Shown here: piece by piece, positions 63,373 to 64,000 of the stretch | How positions within the stretch are numbered: the stretch's first letter is position 1 | Layout: the number at the start of each line of letters is the position of its first letter | Assembly: GCA_964406405.1 (NCBI GenBank) | Contig: CAYORN010000002.1 | Location: 64,161-128,160, forward strand | Source of the DNA: an uncultured Alphaproteobacteria bacterium | GTDB taxonomy: Bacteria; Electryoneota; RPQS01 | DNA length: 64,000 nt | Reading direction: 5' to 3' | Position numbers and translations under genes: made by a program | The notes under the pieces: model-generated | Database searches by the model: none | The model's input: only the letters and a program-made list of their open reading frames with translations | Told to the model about the DNA's origin: nothing

Positions 63373-64000
63373 ATGGATGACCTGCGGCTGAATCGCAAGG
63401 ATGGCGTATTTATCACGCTATGCTTGCTTGTGCTCGTGGCCGGCGTGCTGGTGAGTTTTCGCTATTTCAAGAAGGCCTTTCCCGAAGCGGCGATCGAGTT
63501 CCGCTACGACCGCGCGCAATCGGGGCGGCTCGCCGGACAATTTGCCGACAGCCTTGAGTGGGAGATTCCCAAAGGCTATCGGCACGCCAGCCGCTTCGGC
63601 TATGACGGCCTGGCAAAGACGTATCTGGAAAAAGAGCTGGGGGTGGAGGGGGCGCAGAAATTTCTGGGCAAGCCGGTTCGCCTCTGGTATTGGCAGCATC
63701 GCTGGTTCAAGCCGGCAACCAAGGAAGAGTATCGCGTTTTCGTGACGCCGGAAGGCGACGTCGTCCGGGTCGCGCATGACGTCGCAGAGGATGCGCCGGG
63801 AGCGGATCTAAGCGAATCCGGCGCGCGGGAGCTGGCCGAGCGTTTTCTGTTCGGCCCGATGAAATCGGATTCGGCCAAGCTCACGTTTATTGAATCGCAG
63901 CGCATCGGCCGTCCCAATCGCGCCGATTGGAGCTTCACGTGGCGCGCGACCGGCATCGAGCCGGTGAAAGGCGCGGAGTATCGCTACTCCGTAGATATTA
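63373..64000 (+). CDS. hypothetical membrane-anchored protein (partial; runs off the window)
   Basis: ATG 63373 after CCGGAGG RBS; one N-terminal TM (VFITLCLLVLVAGVLV); open to the end of the window. Confidence 0.45.
   Translation, partial: MDDLRLNRKDGVFITLCLLVLVAGVLVSFRYFKKAFPEAAIEFRYDRAQSGRLAGQFADSLEWEIPKGYRHASRFGYDGLAKTYLEKELGVEGAQKFLGKPVRLWYWQHRWFKPATKEEYRVFVTPEGDVVRVAHDVAEDAPGADLSESGARELAERFLFGPMKSDSAKLTFIESQRIGRPNRADWSFTWRATGIEPVKGAEYRYSVDI

Overview
This 64 kb window is high-GC (about 60% by eye) chromosomal DNA from a Gram-negative bacterium of the FCB superphylum type. It reads like an uncultivated or candidate-phylum lineage. At least nine proteins end in a Por/T9SS C-terminal sorting domain (PNPFN...K[LV]LLK/LLAR). 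Envelope genes include lpxB, an LpoB-like lipoprotein and a TonB-dependent receptor. Housekeeping content: rhomboid protease, PAS histidine kinase, HemW, a Cys/Met PLP enzyme, a Wzx-like flippase, a Gfo/Idh/MocA oxidoreductase, a DUF374 acyltransferase-like gene, two APC amino-acid permeases, a PHP-glycosyltransferase fusion, two SAM methyltransferases, a CheY-like response regulator, the AddAB helicase-nuclease pair, TatD, a DUF2203 protein, M3 oligoendopeptidase F, a SpoIID/LytB protein, a TrmH methyltransferase, a Na+/solute symporter and a class V aminotransferase. Accessory content: a low-GC PstI/BsuBI-like type II R-M pair overlapping the lpxB start; a low-GC island carrying a membrane-anchored Zn-ribbon/HNH nuclease next to relic fragments; and a tandemly duplicated cassette with a conserved promoter, a small Cys-rich secreted protein and a T9SS beta-helix protein. 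Most unusual: several families of short repeats (a poly-C 'SPPLxPP' hairpin, GGATGAA heptad arrays, a GAGATCCTTCAGCC...GGATGACAA palindrome, A-rich/T-rich heptad inverted arrays). Copies of the poly-C/heptad elements sit in-frame inside lpxB, addB and the spoIID-like gene, analogous to Rickettsia palindromic elements. No rRNA, tRNA, CRISPR array or transposase was found. Many long antisense ORFs in the track are high-GC artefacts.
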